Notes: generated by a model not told the origin, from the sequence alone. A DNA stretch of 64,000 bases from Eledone cirrhosa (GCA_964016885.1 OZ024746.1:73098001-73162000), one strand, 5' to 3'. Shown: positions 14,673 through 28,456, counted from the first letter of the stretch. Made by a program: numbers and translations.

Positions 14673-15911
14673 ATGAAGTCATTCCAACAGAGTCAAAAAA
14701 TAATTTGAAAATTTGACAAATGTCAAAGTTTCATTAAACTGATGGTGCTTCAATCTGTTTACCGTAGCATTTTGTGTACGTTGAGATGTGTAGCGTCTAG
14801 AAGAATGTAGCGTGTAGAAGAATGTAGGAAAGAGCGTAAAGGATAAAAATAATAACACGAGATAAAGTTACCTTGGGAGAGATTTAATTGTCCCTATATA
14901 TTTCGGATTCACATCCATCAACTCCACCACCGGATCTTGTAACCCGGAGATTTACCCATCTGCATTGTCGAGGCTTCCAAAACGACTTAAAGAAATATAC
15001 CTTATTATTCCACAATGCTTCAAGCAAACTTCAATACTATCTTATATATATATATATATACTCTTTTACCTGTTTCAGCCATCCGGCTGAGGCCATGCCG
15101 GGGCACCACTCCTGATATATATATATATATCAGGAGCGGTGCCCTGATATATTGGTGTGGGATGGTTAAAGCATCCGTAAGCGGTAGGCCGTTTGAGCAC
15201 TCGATGCTCTTACAGGGAAGAGTATGATATCACATAAGAAACGGAGAATCAATGTTGCGACGAATAAAATTTATTAGACATATTACAATCGTTTCTCTGG
15301 CGACCATCTCGAGGCACGATCGATGTAATGATAGAACCTGACTCTATTGGAACCTATTTGTAAACTCTGCTAGAATAAATTATCTGATGACCTAGTGATT
15401 TCAGAGTGATATAAATTTATATATATATATATATACATATATATAAATATAATTTCAGCGAGATCGTATTTCGGCTGTGGCCAAAAACAAAGCGAAACGC
15501 AATTTTCGAGATATACGGCAAGCGCTCAATGGACTAAAAGAAGACCTGAGCAATTAACATACGTTATAGAGGCCATACAAACTGAAAACGGTGGTCATGA
15601 ACCTATCAGCCACCTGAGCCAAAAAAAGCGAAGCAAGCTAAACAGGTTAAACAAAAGAATTTACCTGGACCTCCTAGAAATTGATGGTATAATCCAGTGG
15701 GAGGTTTCTGTGACACCTAAATCAATTATACTGCCTGCTTTCAATGTAAGCTTTTGGTATAACGATCGAACAAGGCTGCCATTTCGTCAACAGGTATTTT
15801 GTTCTCAGCCGGCGATCGGGTTCCAATGCATTAGTAGTGTTGGAGTGATTACCCCACGTGTTTACCCTGCAAGGGAGGTAACACCCAGATTATTATACAT
15901 ACATACATACA

Positions 15912-15947
<36 letters not shown>

Positions 15948-16084
15948 TATACACTCAGTTTGTATGGCCTTTATAACATATGTTTATTGCTCTGGCCTCT
16001 TTTGGTCCATGGAGCGCTTGCCATACAAATCGGAAATTGAGTTTTTCTTGTTTCTGCCCGCCGAAATACGATTCTCGCTGAATT

Positions 16085-16154
<70 letters not shown>

Positions 16155-16159
16155 TGTGT

Positions 16160-16203
<44 letters not shown>

Positions 16204-16862
16204 GTGTGTGTGTATGTGTGTGTATATATAATAATCTGGGTGCGTCGGCTACAAAAATTAATCATCAACGATAATAAATTTTACCAACATCTGGAATTGC
16301 GGTTCTTCTGGTAAATAGATGTTTTAAAAAATAAAAAAAAGCCTGGCGTAAGACACAGAAATCTATGCAATCAGAGAAATTGGGCGGGTCCTTTTCCAAA
16401 CAGGTTTGCATTACAGAAATCATAGTCATTTAAAGTTAACTAGTGGGACAGTAGTTATTGGAGTGTAGGGATTATATATTTATATAGATTAAAATGTCAT
16501 ATATAATATAATGCATATATAAAAAAATATCGTGTTAGATTCCTTGTCATGGAAGTCAGAAATAATTTTTTTATAGGATGTACGTGGGTACCTTTACAGC
16601 TTAACTGTATATGTGCACAGAGATGCGTGTTTCCCATTCGCAGGTTTTGAAAGTGTTCAGAAAATATGGATACCAAGATACCGTCATGAGCAAATGAACA
16701 CTGGTTCAACTTGATAGTTGAATCCGTTTATTCTCGCATCTACTTAGATTCGTTTGCGTTTGTGTAGAGGAGAGAAGTGGGTGAAAATTATGCTTTCCCC
16801 GCAATTACAGTGTATCAGAAAACTAGACAGGCGAATATAGACAGAAATGTTTGTGTTTACTT

Positions 16863-17150
16863 AATAATTGTTTCTACTTTTGGCACAAGGCCAGCAATTA
16901 TCTCAGTGCATTACTGGTACTTTATTTTATCGACCCCGTAGGGATGAAAGGCAAAATTAACCTTATAATAATTTATTTCTACTTTTGGTACAGGGCCAGC
17001 AATTATCCCAGTGTATTACTGGTACTTTATTTTATCGACCCCGTAAGGATGAAAGACAAAGTTAACCTCGGCGGGATTTGAACTCAGACCATAAAGGACC
17101 GTAACTATTTGCTTCAAAGCATGGCGTCCGACCCTCTACCGATACTGCCA
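16863..17150 (-). mobile_element. SINE family 1, near-full copy plus duplicated 3' half
   Basis: Two TTTCTACTTTTGG.ACA.GGCCAGCAATTA ends; only one has the tRNA head. Confidence 0.8.
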
Positions 17151-17235
17151 AAAACTAGCAGATAAACGCTTTCATGTCAAAATAAATGTGTATACTTAGG
17201 CACACACACACACGCACGCACACATATATTTATAT

Positions 17236-17880
17236 CTTCTTCTTCTTCTTCTTCTTCTTCTTCTTCTTCTTCTTCCTGAAAAGGTCGCGGGGGCAGAGTC
17301 CTCAAACACTCCTTTCAGCGGGTCCTATGAGAAGCAACCGTCTCCAACTGATCCGGCTGGATCCCCAAGCGTGACCAGCCAAGCTCATGAATGTTATCCA
17401 ACCATCTTGCTCGGATTCTATCTCTGGTTCTCCTGTCGGTTGGTTTTGCTTGTAAAACATTCTAACCACATGCCCAGAATCGCAGCAGAGACAGTAAAAG
17501 CGATCAAAGTGAAGACATAGGAGGACTTAAGCTATAATCCGACTTCAGATCAGCAAATAAAGTGTTCTGACAGACCATCCACCGAATTCGTAATAAGAAG
17601 TACACCTCCGCAACTGCTATTAAGAACACGTCAGGTGCTTCTCTCTCTTTAGAGAGGTGCATATTCGTGAGGCGGAGAGAATACTTTGCTAATTTCCTAA
17701 ACTTGATCACAACATCTTCTGATGTACACAAGATGCAACTCCATCCCATACAAGGGTGGCACGAACATGACCTATTAGCTTCGCCAAGGACTTAGGTTCC
17801 TTTCTGAATATGCAGCGAAGGAAACAAAAAGACCATGCTCATGCAACACGCGAAAGTTGTTTAGATCAAGTGATGCCCGT
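17236..17880 (-). mobile_element. RTE (Expander/Rex3-like) LINE 3' remnant with (GAA)n tail
   Basis: Minus strand RARWLDNIHELGWSRLGIQPDQLETVASHR...LRTLPPRP, resembling the Expander-type RTE C-terminus. Confidence 0.7.
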
Positions 17881-18889
17881 GCTTGAAGCTTTATTTAAGG
17901 GAAGAAATGCCTTTCACTAGACCAATCCCACTCTGTGAATATACATACATACGTGCAAATATACATATAAACAGACAAACATACATACAACCAATCATAC
18001 ATACATACAACCATACGTACATACAAACATACATACGTACAAACAAACAGACAAACATACAAACATACATACATACAAACATACATACATACAAACATAC
18101 ATACAAACATACAAACATACAAACATACAAACATACATAGAAATATACATACATACATACATACATACATACATACATACATACATACATACATACATAC
18201 ACAAGTACAATCCATTAATGGAACAGTAAACATATGTAAAACATTCCAAAAATGTTGCATCTAATAACTGCATATACACATGTACAGATACAAAGCATAT
18301 ACATATGCACACATACAACTCAAAACATCCACATCCACACATACAATAACATCCATATCTACACATGCAGACAAACATACATATCTACCTAGTTGATGTT
18401 GTGTAATTTCCAATGAGAGAGTCTTGTGTCTATGTTAGAAACTGACTCTCTCTCTATTGGTAAAACTTTATGAAATTATAAAACCAGAAGAACATACATA
18501 CATACATACATACATACATACATACATACATACATACATACATACATACATACATACATACATACGCCGATCTTAGATCTAGAATTGATTATAGTATCAG
18601 AAGGCATGATATAGAAAAAAGTAACGAATCAATGTGGGACGTGTGATATTTATGTTTTTCTCAAGTGCATTGGGGAAAAACGAATACATAATTAATTGCT
18701 GTATAGTGTAATCATTGAGTCGTCTTCGATATGTTTTAGCTTCGATATGTTTATCATCATTTTTTTTCTGCTATTGAGTACGATAAGATGACAGAAATAG
18801 CAAAGCGTCGTTCTGAATAAGAAAAGTTGTGGCGCTATATACACACACACACACTCACACGGACGCACGCACGCACACACGCACGCACG

Positions 18890-19024
<135 letters not shown>

Positions 19025-19940
19025 ATATATATATATATATATATATATTTATTCATTTATGTTTTGTGATTCACCAATGGATAGAACTGGTCATTCCGTT
19101 TAGTTAACCATGATGTATTAGTATAAAAGCACTCTACATTATGCAACTAATCCATCGTTGATGTTGAATCTCGTGGCCATTGAACTATATATAGTGTTTT
19201 TTTTTGCAACAGTTATCGAACTACAAACGAAGTGGTGGTGGTTCATATGCAGTCAACGTACGAAACTAGCTTTTCATAACTTAACTTACATAACTAACTT
19301 GCATATGTACAGATCAGCCCCCAAGAGTAGTAGAGGACAGGTTTAATTAACAGTTGTTTCCTTAACTTGTAAAACGAAGCTCAATTCCTTTAATGGATTT
19401 AGACGTCGATGGAAGTGTTCCTACCGCAGCCATGTTTAACTAACTCTATTTATTCCATCACAAAATGCACACACACAAAAATTATGGAAGGAAGTGGGAA
19501 TAAGTTAAAGGGCAAGAAGAGTAAAGGGGAGGACAGCAGCAAGACAGCGAGAGAGAAAAATGATAGTGAGTTTGTCCATGTACGTATGGGAGAATTGCCA
19601 AAAGAAAGACTATATTGTGTGGTGTCTGAATCGATTTTCTTATCAGTTTTTCTGCACAGAAATAACAGTCCTGCCCCATAGTGTAGCAAACTTTTTATTT
19701 TGAAACGAGCTCAATGCAAGTAATTAAACAATTTAGTTGACCTGCATCTATGTAGCTATAACAGGCACCCAGAAATCAATTATATTACATTCCCATCCAA
19801 ATTTAATTGAAAAACACTTCTTTTTATAAACACACACACACAAACACACATATATACACAAATACACATACATACGCATATATGTATGCATGTGTATATC
19901 CACTCATTATATATATATATATATATATATATATGCATAA

Positions 19941-20040
<100 letters not shown>

Positions 20041-20070
20041 TAAGTAGCGAATACAGATATAACTTTACGT

Positions 20071-20120
20071 TCTTGTCTGATAATCCTGTGATAAACAGGC
20101 GAAACTCCAGAGTAACAAGA
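20071..20120 (+). ncRNA. type I hammerhead (G8A core change)
   Basis: TCTTGT-CTGATAA-T-CCTGT-GATAA-ACAGG-C-GAAACTC-CA-GAGT-A-ACAAGA; followed by AATAAA, tail and (TA)n. Confidence 0.7.
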
Positions 20121-20263
20121 CTCACTTTTTAACCTTAATAAAATGTATACGAAAACTAGGTATTGAGTACTCTCTTCTATCAACCGTCAACCACGTACGG
20201 ATATATATATATATATATATAATACAAGGACGACTTGTTAAGCCTTCATTACGTTTATTGATT

Positions 20264-20348
20264 GGTGACGCGTGTTTCGCTATGGATCAGTTCAAGATTC
20301 GATCTGTATCGATTTGGTTCGATTCTGGAATCAAAAGCTCGTCGGACC
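20264..20348 (-). ncRNA. type I hammerhead variant (family G, CCGACGA core)
   Basis: Minus strand GGT-CCGACGA-GCT-[long loop]-AGC-GAAAC-ACGC-GT-C-ACC, then AATAAA; second copy at 32700. Confidence 0.65.
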
Positions 20349-20369
20349 TCTGCTGTAGTAATGAAAGAA

Positions 20370-20404
<35 letters not shown>

Positions 20405-22042
20405 GATATATGGAACTGGTTTGGGTTGAGAACGGGGTAGCTAGAATAATAAACCTGTTTTTCAGAAATAAGCTTTAGTATGTTGTCTAGAATAAGGGAC
20501 AACGAGTACACTAACTGGACAAAGGAAACAATGGAACTGGTGGTCCGTTTATAGTAAATCATTTATTCATTGCATTTCTAGGTAGTGTTTCCAGCCATAT
20601 CAGAGGCATACCAATAGGTGGCAGCACTATTCGCTTTGATGATTTTATTTGGTGACTATAAATCTAACAGATTGAGACCGTATATTGCGTTGAGTTACAA
20701 TATAATATGAGTTAGCTATTTGTGAAATTCGAGAGAGCTGGGATCTTGATTGACTATACGGTGCTGTACACGTCAGCAGGGCAATGCGTGTAATAAAAAT
20801 ATAATAGCTGAAATTAATCAGATGAATGTACAATGTAGAAAATATACAAGATGCCATCAAGTTTTATAAATGTTATGAAGTCGTAATGCAGCGATGCTTC
20901 AGATATAAAAATACAACTTTGTTTAAAAATTCAAGTTTCATGCAGAGGTAACCAAGTAAACAGCTAGCTAAGGTATTTCAGTTTCTTACAAACATCTCAT
21001 AATAATTATACTTGAAAACATACTTGAGTTTGTGAAAATCCCTTGAATGGAAGACATAAGATATATTTACGAGAGATAATTGCTTTAATAATTGAGTTCA
21101 GGTGGAACAAGGAGATTAGTTTACCTAAAGTAAAAGCATCAACAAATACTGAGCGGTAAATAAAGATTCTGCTTCAATGATTTGTAATCTTCCTGAACTA
21201 TGCAACTCAAACAAGTGTATGAAACAGCTATTTCTAGTGTCATTTAGAAGCGTGTTTGAAACTGCAATGTTTCGGTTTCAATCTTGTAGAGTAGATGAGT
21301 ATAATAATTTCATTACCGCTTCATCTTTTCCACATTATTTTGATTTCGTTCTTACACTCTATAGTTCAAATGATATTCAAAGAAACATCTTGCTGACCGA
21401 ATTAAATTTGTTAGATTTCAAATTCAGAACTTTGAACCTGTCAATCAGTTAAATTTCTTCACAATCTATCTAGTTGAATGAATTGTTTTTACGCGATATG
21501 TATCTTTCTTTGCTTGTTTATCACCCGAATGTTCAATACACTTCAGAGTACTCTAAGCTGTACATTAACTATACGAACATATCTTGTAGAGTCCAACTGT
21601 ACGGCTAATGTACGGCTATATAGTCTGTAGATGATAAAAAGGCAGGTCTAGATAAAGATTTTAAGGAGAGAATACAGGCAAGAAATGTTAGCTATATAAG
21701 CAAACATTGAAGTTATTAACAATATAAACACTACTTGTCTATAAGAGAAACACTTATCTTTATATCTTTTTAAAATCTGTCTCGAGCATCAGGCCGAAGC
21801 TTATTCCGATTTCATCAGGGTTTAAGCAACTGCAATTATATGAAACTAGTCTCTCAAAACTCTAACGCCATCTGGTGGTTGTGGCATGCAATTATTCATT
21901 CTGGAGCAACGTGAAATGAAGTGTAACGTGAAATAAAATTTAAGGTCACAACATACCACCCGCTTCGAATATTGAACCCACCACATTAAAATCGCAATCC
22001 GAACTCTCTAATCATCTGATCGTGTGCTTCATATCTTAATTA

Positions 22043-22167
22043 TAATTGTTTCTACTTTTTGGCACAAGGCCAGCAATTACCCAGTGCATTACTGGTACTT
22101 TATTTTATCGACCCCGTAAGGATGAAAGGCAAAGTTAACCTTGGCGGGATTCGAACTTAGAATGGCA
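22043..22167 (-). mobile_element. SINE family 1, 5'-truncated
   Basis: Body and B box present, A box absent. Confidence 0.8.
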
Positions 22168-23572
22168 TCCCGCCGAGGTTTGATTGCATATTCTCAACTC
22201 AGGCATGGAAAAAAAAAATACAAGAAAAAATCAAGCTAGTAGATATCAACTAAGATGATAGATGATATATGATGTCAATTATGATTCATATTACATATAA
22301 TTAACAAGACAAACCTAATATTTTTCAACTCTGGGTTTGCAACTTGTAAAATACAAATACATTGCAGGCATCTGCTAATTAGAGAAAGATAGCATATTCA
22401 GATCTATTTGACATGCTGAAGCCAACGATATATATATACAATATATTAATGTTAGCTCAGACTCGGTGTATACATGTTGCAACTATATAAACAAAACTTG
22501 AAGGTGTCAGCACAGTAGAGACTGCTTATGCCAACTAGTTATATGCCAATTTTTTTTATTTGTCCTTGGTTTTATTATGTCAAATATATTTTACAAACAT
22601 AAGTTATACAATGGTGGAGATATAAAAAAAAGATTAAAAAATACAAAAACAAAGGGGGAAAGGATAAAGAAGAGCAGATCCGGCTGTACAGAGCCCAGTG
22701 ATAAAGACAGTGTCGAGATGGTAAATTGACAAAATCTCTCGATCGTGATAATCTTGTCGGATTAATACTTAGAAATAGACGGCACCTTTCATTTGTTGAC
22801 CTAACTTTAATTCACCAAAATATATATCCCGGAAATATCAGATTTTGATCTAATTCAAGCAAAACACTCCATTATGTATTCTAACACAAAGTTATGTTCT
22901 CAGCCACCAAACCGGATGGTCATAGCTGGAGCGTCTTTAATCACAGATTCGCTCGATCCTAGCTTATCTAACAAAAACAAGAACAACAACAAGAACAACA
23001 ACACACAACCCGCTCATATGTTTTGGTATATTCGTATTTGTAATGACTGAATATTCAAATATTAGATTGACTAAATGTTTTTTTCATTAGAAATTCTAGC
23101 TATTTCTAATCAAGCCTTTTGTTCTGAGGAAAATCTTTTTTTTTTATCTCTATTATCGTTTTCATATTGGTTTTCTTTCTGCTCAATATAATTTGGCTGA
23201 AAATGCCACGTCAAGAGTATTTTCATTCCTGTTTTTAGTTACTTTGTTTTCTCTTTGTTTACTTTGCAAAGAAGCAATTCTATTATTCTATTATTTTTTA
23301 TCTACACCGTTTACCTCAATGCATGTAATTCCTCTTTTGTATGTAATTTATTCCTTGTATCTGAAGAAGAGCTTATTTTATTATAATTGTTTGTTTTCTT
23401 TTTTTTTGCTCTCCTTACATTTATGTATGCAAGTCATATAAAGCAAACCAGACAGAATGCCGCCAATAAAGTGTCATTTTCGATACCTCATTATTCTTCC
23501 TATCAATATGATTAGATATTCTACAACCCCTATCTTGTTTTCCAATACGGTTGCCCGGGAATGAAGAAAACC

Positions 23573-23888
23573 TATTATTATTATTATTACAGTTGCATTT
23601 ATCTTGCTTTATGTTCATACGAGTTATCACCAAGTCACAACCAGTGACCTCAAGAGACAACAAGGTCCGCCATGTTCAAGAAAGAACATACATATTCACA
23701 CATGCATCTTTAGTGTTTAGACTTGTGATGTACTTATATTGACAGAATCTTCCTTAGTATATGGGCAGTTCCCATTAGTACTATCTTTTGTATTTCTCCT
23801 ATACGCGGGTTTCCTGGGATTTGCGTAAGTAATCATTAGACCCCTTAGGTATCATTCCCAGAGCGCTTCTCAATTTCCACATTTTTCC
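23573..23888 (-). mobile_element. 3' fragment of a second R4/Dong family
   Basis: ALGMIPKG...IPGNPRIGEIQKIVLMGTAHILRKILSI* (stop near 23734), homologous to the end of the adjacent Dong ORF; (TAA)n tail. Confidence 0.8.
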
Positions 23889-23890
23889 AA

Positions 23891-26800
23891 TATTATTATT
23901 ATTATTATTGTTATTGTTATTCCTTGAATCTCAGTCATTGATGTTGGTTAACTGGAAAGTCCGTTGGATTGAATATCAAGCCACTACCTGCAGCCTCAGA
24001 TATTCAGGACGTATCGGAGGGTTCTTGCTGTTCCAAGCAAGCATGCCTTTTGAAGCGTTCCAAAAAGCGTGAAGGGGCCGATTTTCTTTAACCATCCCTG
24101 GAAACCTTTGGAGATAGTCCCCAGTGCGCCTATGACAATCGGGATCACTTTGACTTCATGGCAGTTCCAAATCCTTTTCACCTCCCACTTTAGGTCCTGG
24201 TATCGGTTAATTTTCTCCCTCTCCTTCTCTTGCACTCTCGTGTCGAACGGGCAGGCCACATCCACAATCAGGCACGATCTTTTTTCTTTGTCCACAACCA
24301 CCAGGTCAGGTCTATTGTGTTCCAGTTTTTTGTCCGTCTGTATCCTAAAATCCCACAGCACCTTCACCTGACTGTTCTCCATCACCGCCTCTGGCCTATG
24401 CTCATACCATTTCTCAGAATGTGGTAGATTGTTTACTTTGCACAGGTGCCAGTGGATCACCCTGCCCATCACATCGTGTCTCCAGCCCTTATAGTGGGTC
24501 TGGGCTAGGTGTTTACACTCGGACACAATGTGAGCCACAGTCTCCTCTCTCTCTCCACAGATCCTGCACAGTGGGCTAGCCTCCTCCTTGTAGATATGGT
24601 GCTTCAACCACTTCGTTTTGAGGGCCTGCTCCTGCGCAGCCATTAGCATTCCTTCTGTAGCCTTTTTGAGGTCTCCTCTTCTCAACCAGTTCCATGTCTG
24701 TGGATCTCTAAATTCAGTTTTCTCAAAGAAGGTACTATGAAGGGATTTTCCCTTAAGGCTGCTCTTCCTCCTTGATGTTATTTCCTCCTTGGACATCCCC
24801 TGGCCTACTGTCCCCTCCTTCAGTACAGTTCTGAGCATTGGCTCCTTACTATAGGTCACGTATTTGTATAGGTTGTTTTTCTCCATCTGAACACAGTCCT
24901 CTATGCTGATAAGACCTCTTCCACCCTCAGATCTCCTTAGGTAGAGTCTATCGACATCACTCCTCTTGTGGAACATGTTGTAGATAGTCAATAGCTTCCT
25001 AGTCTTCCTATCCATTTCTTTTTGTTCAGCAACATTCCATCTCAGAATTCCCGCACTGTACCTAATAATAGACACAGCTCGGGAATTTACTGCGCTTATG
25101 GCATTTCTGCTGTTCAGATGTGACTTCAATACGCTCCTTACTCTCCGAATGTATTCAGTTCTTAACAATTCCTTCATTTTTTTGTTCTTTATGCCATCAG
25201 CCTCCAGAACGCCCAAATACTTGTATCCTTCCTCAGAGTCAATTTCCTTTATCATCTCACCTGTTGGTATCTGGATCCCGTTACTTCTGCTCAACCTACC
25301 CCTCTTCATCACAATGACTCCACATTTACCAATACCAAACTGCATACATATATCACTGCTGAAAATACGGACAGTGTCAACAAGCACATCCAACTCCTTC
25401 TCACTTTTCCCGAAGAGCTTAAGATCGTCCATGAAGAGGAGGTGATTGATGGTAAGCTCTCCCCTTCCCAACTTGTATCCTGCTCTCACTTTTCGCAGCA
25501 TAATGGTCAAGGGCATCAGGGCAAGGACAAACAACAGAGGGGACAGGCTATCTCCCTGGAAGATACCTCTCTTGATCTTCACGCTTCCCAAGGATACTCC
25601 AGTTGATGTCAACTCTGTCTCCCAGGACCCCATACTCCTGCCCAGCAACTGTCTGATGTTATCTGCCACCCTGAAGACCTCCAGGCCTTTGGTGATCCAG
25701 GAATGAGGCACCATGTCAAATGCCTTTCTGTAGTCTATCCATCCCATGGCAAGATCAGTGTGTCTCCTCCTGCAATTCCCCATTACCATCTTATCAATAA
25801 GCAACTGGTCCTTTGTACCACGTGACTTCTTTCGGCATCCTTTCTGTTCGTCCGGTAACAAGTTGTTTGTGTGGAGGTGATGGTAGATTTCCTCAGACAC
25901 AATGCTCGTCAACAGTTTCCACATTACGGGCAGACATGTGATAGGTCTATAGTTGGTAACATCATTACCCTTGATTCGGTCTTTCATTATCAGAACTGTG
26001 GTACCTTTTGTCAACCACTCTGGCACCTCACCCGACACCAAGCAGTCATTGAACATGGCCGTCAGCTTCAGGTGGAGGGATGTTAAATGTTTAATCCAAT
26101 ACCCCTGCACACCATCTGGGCCTGGTGATTTCCAGTTGGTTAGTTTTTTGGCTTGCCCCTTAAGAGTTTCAACTGTGATACTCAAATCAGTCTGTTGTTG
26201 TGCCTTCTCACCGATCTCCCTCTGTACTGTCTCAATCCACCCTGCCTGGGCATTGTGTCTAACATCCTGCTCCCATATTCCTCTCCAGAATGTTTTAGCT
26301 TGTTCCGCCCCAGGGATCAAGTCGTTGCCTCTTTCTTTCCCCTCAAGCTGTCCAAACAGCATCTTCTGGTTGTTGTCGAACATGCGGTTCTGTTTATACT
26401 GACTGACTCTGTTCTCGTATCGCCTGATTTTGGCACTCTTTGCTACAATGCGTTGCTTCAATTCCTCTATGATAATATTTAGCTTTTTACTCCTAGTTTT
26501 GTATTTTATTTCCAGTCTATTTTTAGTGCCTATGTTTTTTAGTGTCCCATTCAGTAGTGACTCAAGCTTTCCTATGTCATTTCTCATTTCCCCGATTTGC
26601 CCACTCAGTCGCTTCTTCCACCACGGCTCTGCTCTTTCTTGTCTGTTGTTTCCTCTCGCTTTTATACCAAGTAGTTTCCTCACCGTATTTGCTGTTGCTT
26701 TGAGGATATTGTTGCACTGGTGAAGACTCCTCGCCTCAAGGTATGGGATGACTTTGTTTACCTTAGCTGTTGTTTCTTTTAACTTTTTCCTGTCTACAAA

Positions 26801-28407
26801 TCTTAGGTTCATAGGTCTCCCACTATCATTGTTCAATTCATCTACCACTAGATTTAGGATGTCAACCGAATCTTGTCCTAGCCCGTCAGCATTCATCTTC
26901 TCAGTGGCCGTATCTCTGTTCCAGGTATTATTTATCTCAGTATTCAGATCATTGTCTGCTTCGGGTGGTTCCTCCGTTCTCAGGACCTCCTCACCTTCAT
27001 TTCCCACCGGCTCGCTTGTCTGGCATACTACACCCGCCATCTCCAAGCCATTCTCTCTGCTCAGTTCCTCCAGTTCCAGCTCGCTTATCCACCCATTAGT
27101 TCTTATTACCCGAGCCTGCCCGGCCAATTTTTGTTCATCTAATTTAAATAAACCAATCTCGTTCCAGATGTTATGCATCCGTCTCCTGTAGCCCCTCTCC
27201 TTGGGGTTACTTTTCAGGTAGCATTGCATAACAGTTCTATTCAATTCTTTCGTCCAGTTGGTTCTGGCCCCTTTCCTTCTTCTTCTTCCTCCAACATCAG
27301 CAGTATTTGGTTGACAGTCAGGTTCCTGCTGCTGAGCCAGGGGGCACCTGTTGGGTGAGAGTCTGTCACATGTCGTTCTAGTCTCCATTTCACCGTTATT
27401 CGAACTGTTTATGTTCGATATTTAAACACTCTTATCGAGGATTGGCGAATGTATGTTTACATAGCCATCTGTGGATCCGCCATCCCACTTGGCCCTTGTG
27501 TGGCATTATCACCACGCTGTATACGAACACACATAAACAAACAAACACACGGGCAGAAAGGGCCCCAAAAATGAATAAGCATAAGTTTCATTGTAATGTA
27601 GTATTCGAATGTCTGACTTAGTTTTTGTTTTTTAAGTTTTCCTTTTTCCCCCCTCTTCTCTGTCCGTCCGCCTGCTTCTCTCTTCATTCTTATTTTCTTT
27701 ACGTTTTTGGGGTTTCTTTTTTTGTTTTTGTTTTTCTCTGTTTGTTTTTCTCGTTTTTTGCTGTTGTTGCTGTGCTGCTTTGGTTTTGTTGTTTGTTTTT
27801 TCTTTTTTCTTTTGAGTCTATCTATATATTTTGATGCCTTCCTCTTTGTTAGTAGTAGGAATTCTATAATGTGGAAGTAGCAGCCAGCAGGGAGAAGTGG
27901 GAGACTGGCGGCGTTGGCGATACTGAGACAGTGGTGGTGGTGATGTCGATACCGAGGCAGTGGTGGCGGTGATGCGACCGTATTACTGTAGTGATGGTGC
28001 TGTAGCGGTGGCAGCAGCAGTGAAGGAGTCAAGGGGTGGTGGCGGCGGTGATGGGATAGTGGTGGTAATGATGGCCGTAGTGAGCGGTGGCGGTGAAGGT
28101 GAAAATGCTGTTGTGTTTAGTGTACACAGATGATGGGGTGGGTGGTGTATCTAGTTTCTGGTGTTGGTGAGTTTAGCTGTCCTATATAGTGTAGCCAGAG
28201 GAGAGGAGGGGGGGGGGTTCTTCTTCTTCCATTTATAGCCATTTTTTTTTTTGGATATACAATGTACAATACAAAGTTGAATATTTGAATATTTGAGCCT
28301 TATAACAATATATTTTGGGTCCGAATTTTTTGGGGTTCAAGCCGGGTGCTTTACGTAGCATTTGTACTAAGAGTTGTTATTTCACAAATGATTTAAATAT
28401 GTTAAAA

Positions 28408-28408
<1 letters not shown>
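23891..28408 (-). mobile_element. apparently full-length R4/Dong-type non-LTR retrotransposon
   Basis: Single ORF with RT and RLE, short 3'UTR ending in (TAA)n, ~1 kb leader bounded by (TAA)n at 28409. Confidence 0.85.
23996..27388 (-). CDS. RT + CCHC zinc knuckle + restriction-like endonuclease protein (R4/Dong clade)
   Basis: 1130 aa intact; YRPITCL, DYRKAFD, RGIFQGDSLSP, FMDD, CRICGEREETVAHIVSEC, RHD, RPDLVVVD..LIVDVACP. Confidence 0.95.
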   Translation of the reverse strand: METRTTCDRLSPNRCPLAQQQEPDCQPNTADVGGRRRRKGARTNWTKELNRTVMQCYLKSNPKERGYRRRMHNIWNEIGLFKLDEQKLAGQARVIRTNGWISELELEELSRENGLEMAGVVCQTSEPVGNEGEEVLRTEEPPEADNDLNTEINNTWNRDTATEKMNADGLGQDSVDILNLVVDELNNDSGRPMNLRFVDRKKLKETTAKVNKVIPYLEARSLHQCNNILKATANTVRKLLGIKARGNNRQERAEPWWKKRLSGQIGEMRNDIGKLESLLNGTLKNIGTKNRLEIKYKTRSKKLNIIIEELKQRIVAKSAKIRRYENRVSQYKQNRMFDNNQKMLFGQLEGKERGNDLIPGAEQAKTFWRGIWEQDVRHNAQAGWIETVQREIGEKAQQQTDLSITVETLKGQAKKLTNWKSPGPDGVQGYWIKHLTSLHLKLTAMFNDCLVSGEVPEWLTKGTTVLIMKDRIKGNDVTNYRPITCLPVMWKLLTSIVSEEIYHHLHTNNLLPDEQKGCRKKSRGTKDQLLIDKMVMGNCRRRHTDLAMGWIDYRKAFDMVPHSWITKGLEVFRVADNIRQLLGRSMGSWETELTSTGVSLGSVKIKRGIFQGDSLSPLLFVLALMPLTIMLRKVRAGYKLGRGELTINHLLFMDDLKLFGKSEKELDVLVDTVRIFSSDICMQFGIGKCGVIVMKRGRLSRSNGIQIPTGEMIKEIDSEEGYKYLGVLEADGIKNKKMKELLRTEYIRRVRSVLKSHLNSRNAISAVNSRAVSIIRYSAGILRWNVAEQKEMDRKTRKLLTIYNMFHKRSDVDRLYLRRSEGGRGLISIEDCVQMEKNNLYKYVTYSKEPMLRTVLKEGTVGQGMSKEEITSRRKSSLKGKSLHSTFFEKTEFRDPQTWNWLRRGDLKKATEGMLMAAQEQALKTKWLKHHIYKEEASPLCRICGEREETVAHIVSECKHLAQTHYKGWRHDVMGRVIHWHLCKVNNLPHSEKWYEHRPEAVMENSQVKVLWDFRIQTDKKLEHNRPDLVVVDKEKRSCLIVDVACPFDTRVQEKEREKINRYQDLKWEVKRIWNCHEVKVIPIVIGALGTISKGFQGWLKKIGPFTLFGTLQKACLLGTARTLRYVLNI

Positions 28409-28456
<48 letters not shown>

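Noticed and set aside
15370-15420. Hammerhead at TTAT-CTGATGA-CCTAG
   Set aside because: GAAA and stem III are missing; at best a decayed copy.
20600-21500. hAT transposase remnant
   Set aside because: Only scattered short matches (FHAEV, HLE) and no termini.
27389-27520. HDV-like ribozyme upstream of the Dong ATG
   Set aside because: TCCTCG and a TTCGCC/GGTGAA pairing are present, but P1, P3 and the catalytic junction could not be assembled.
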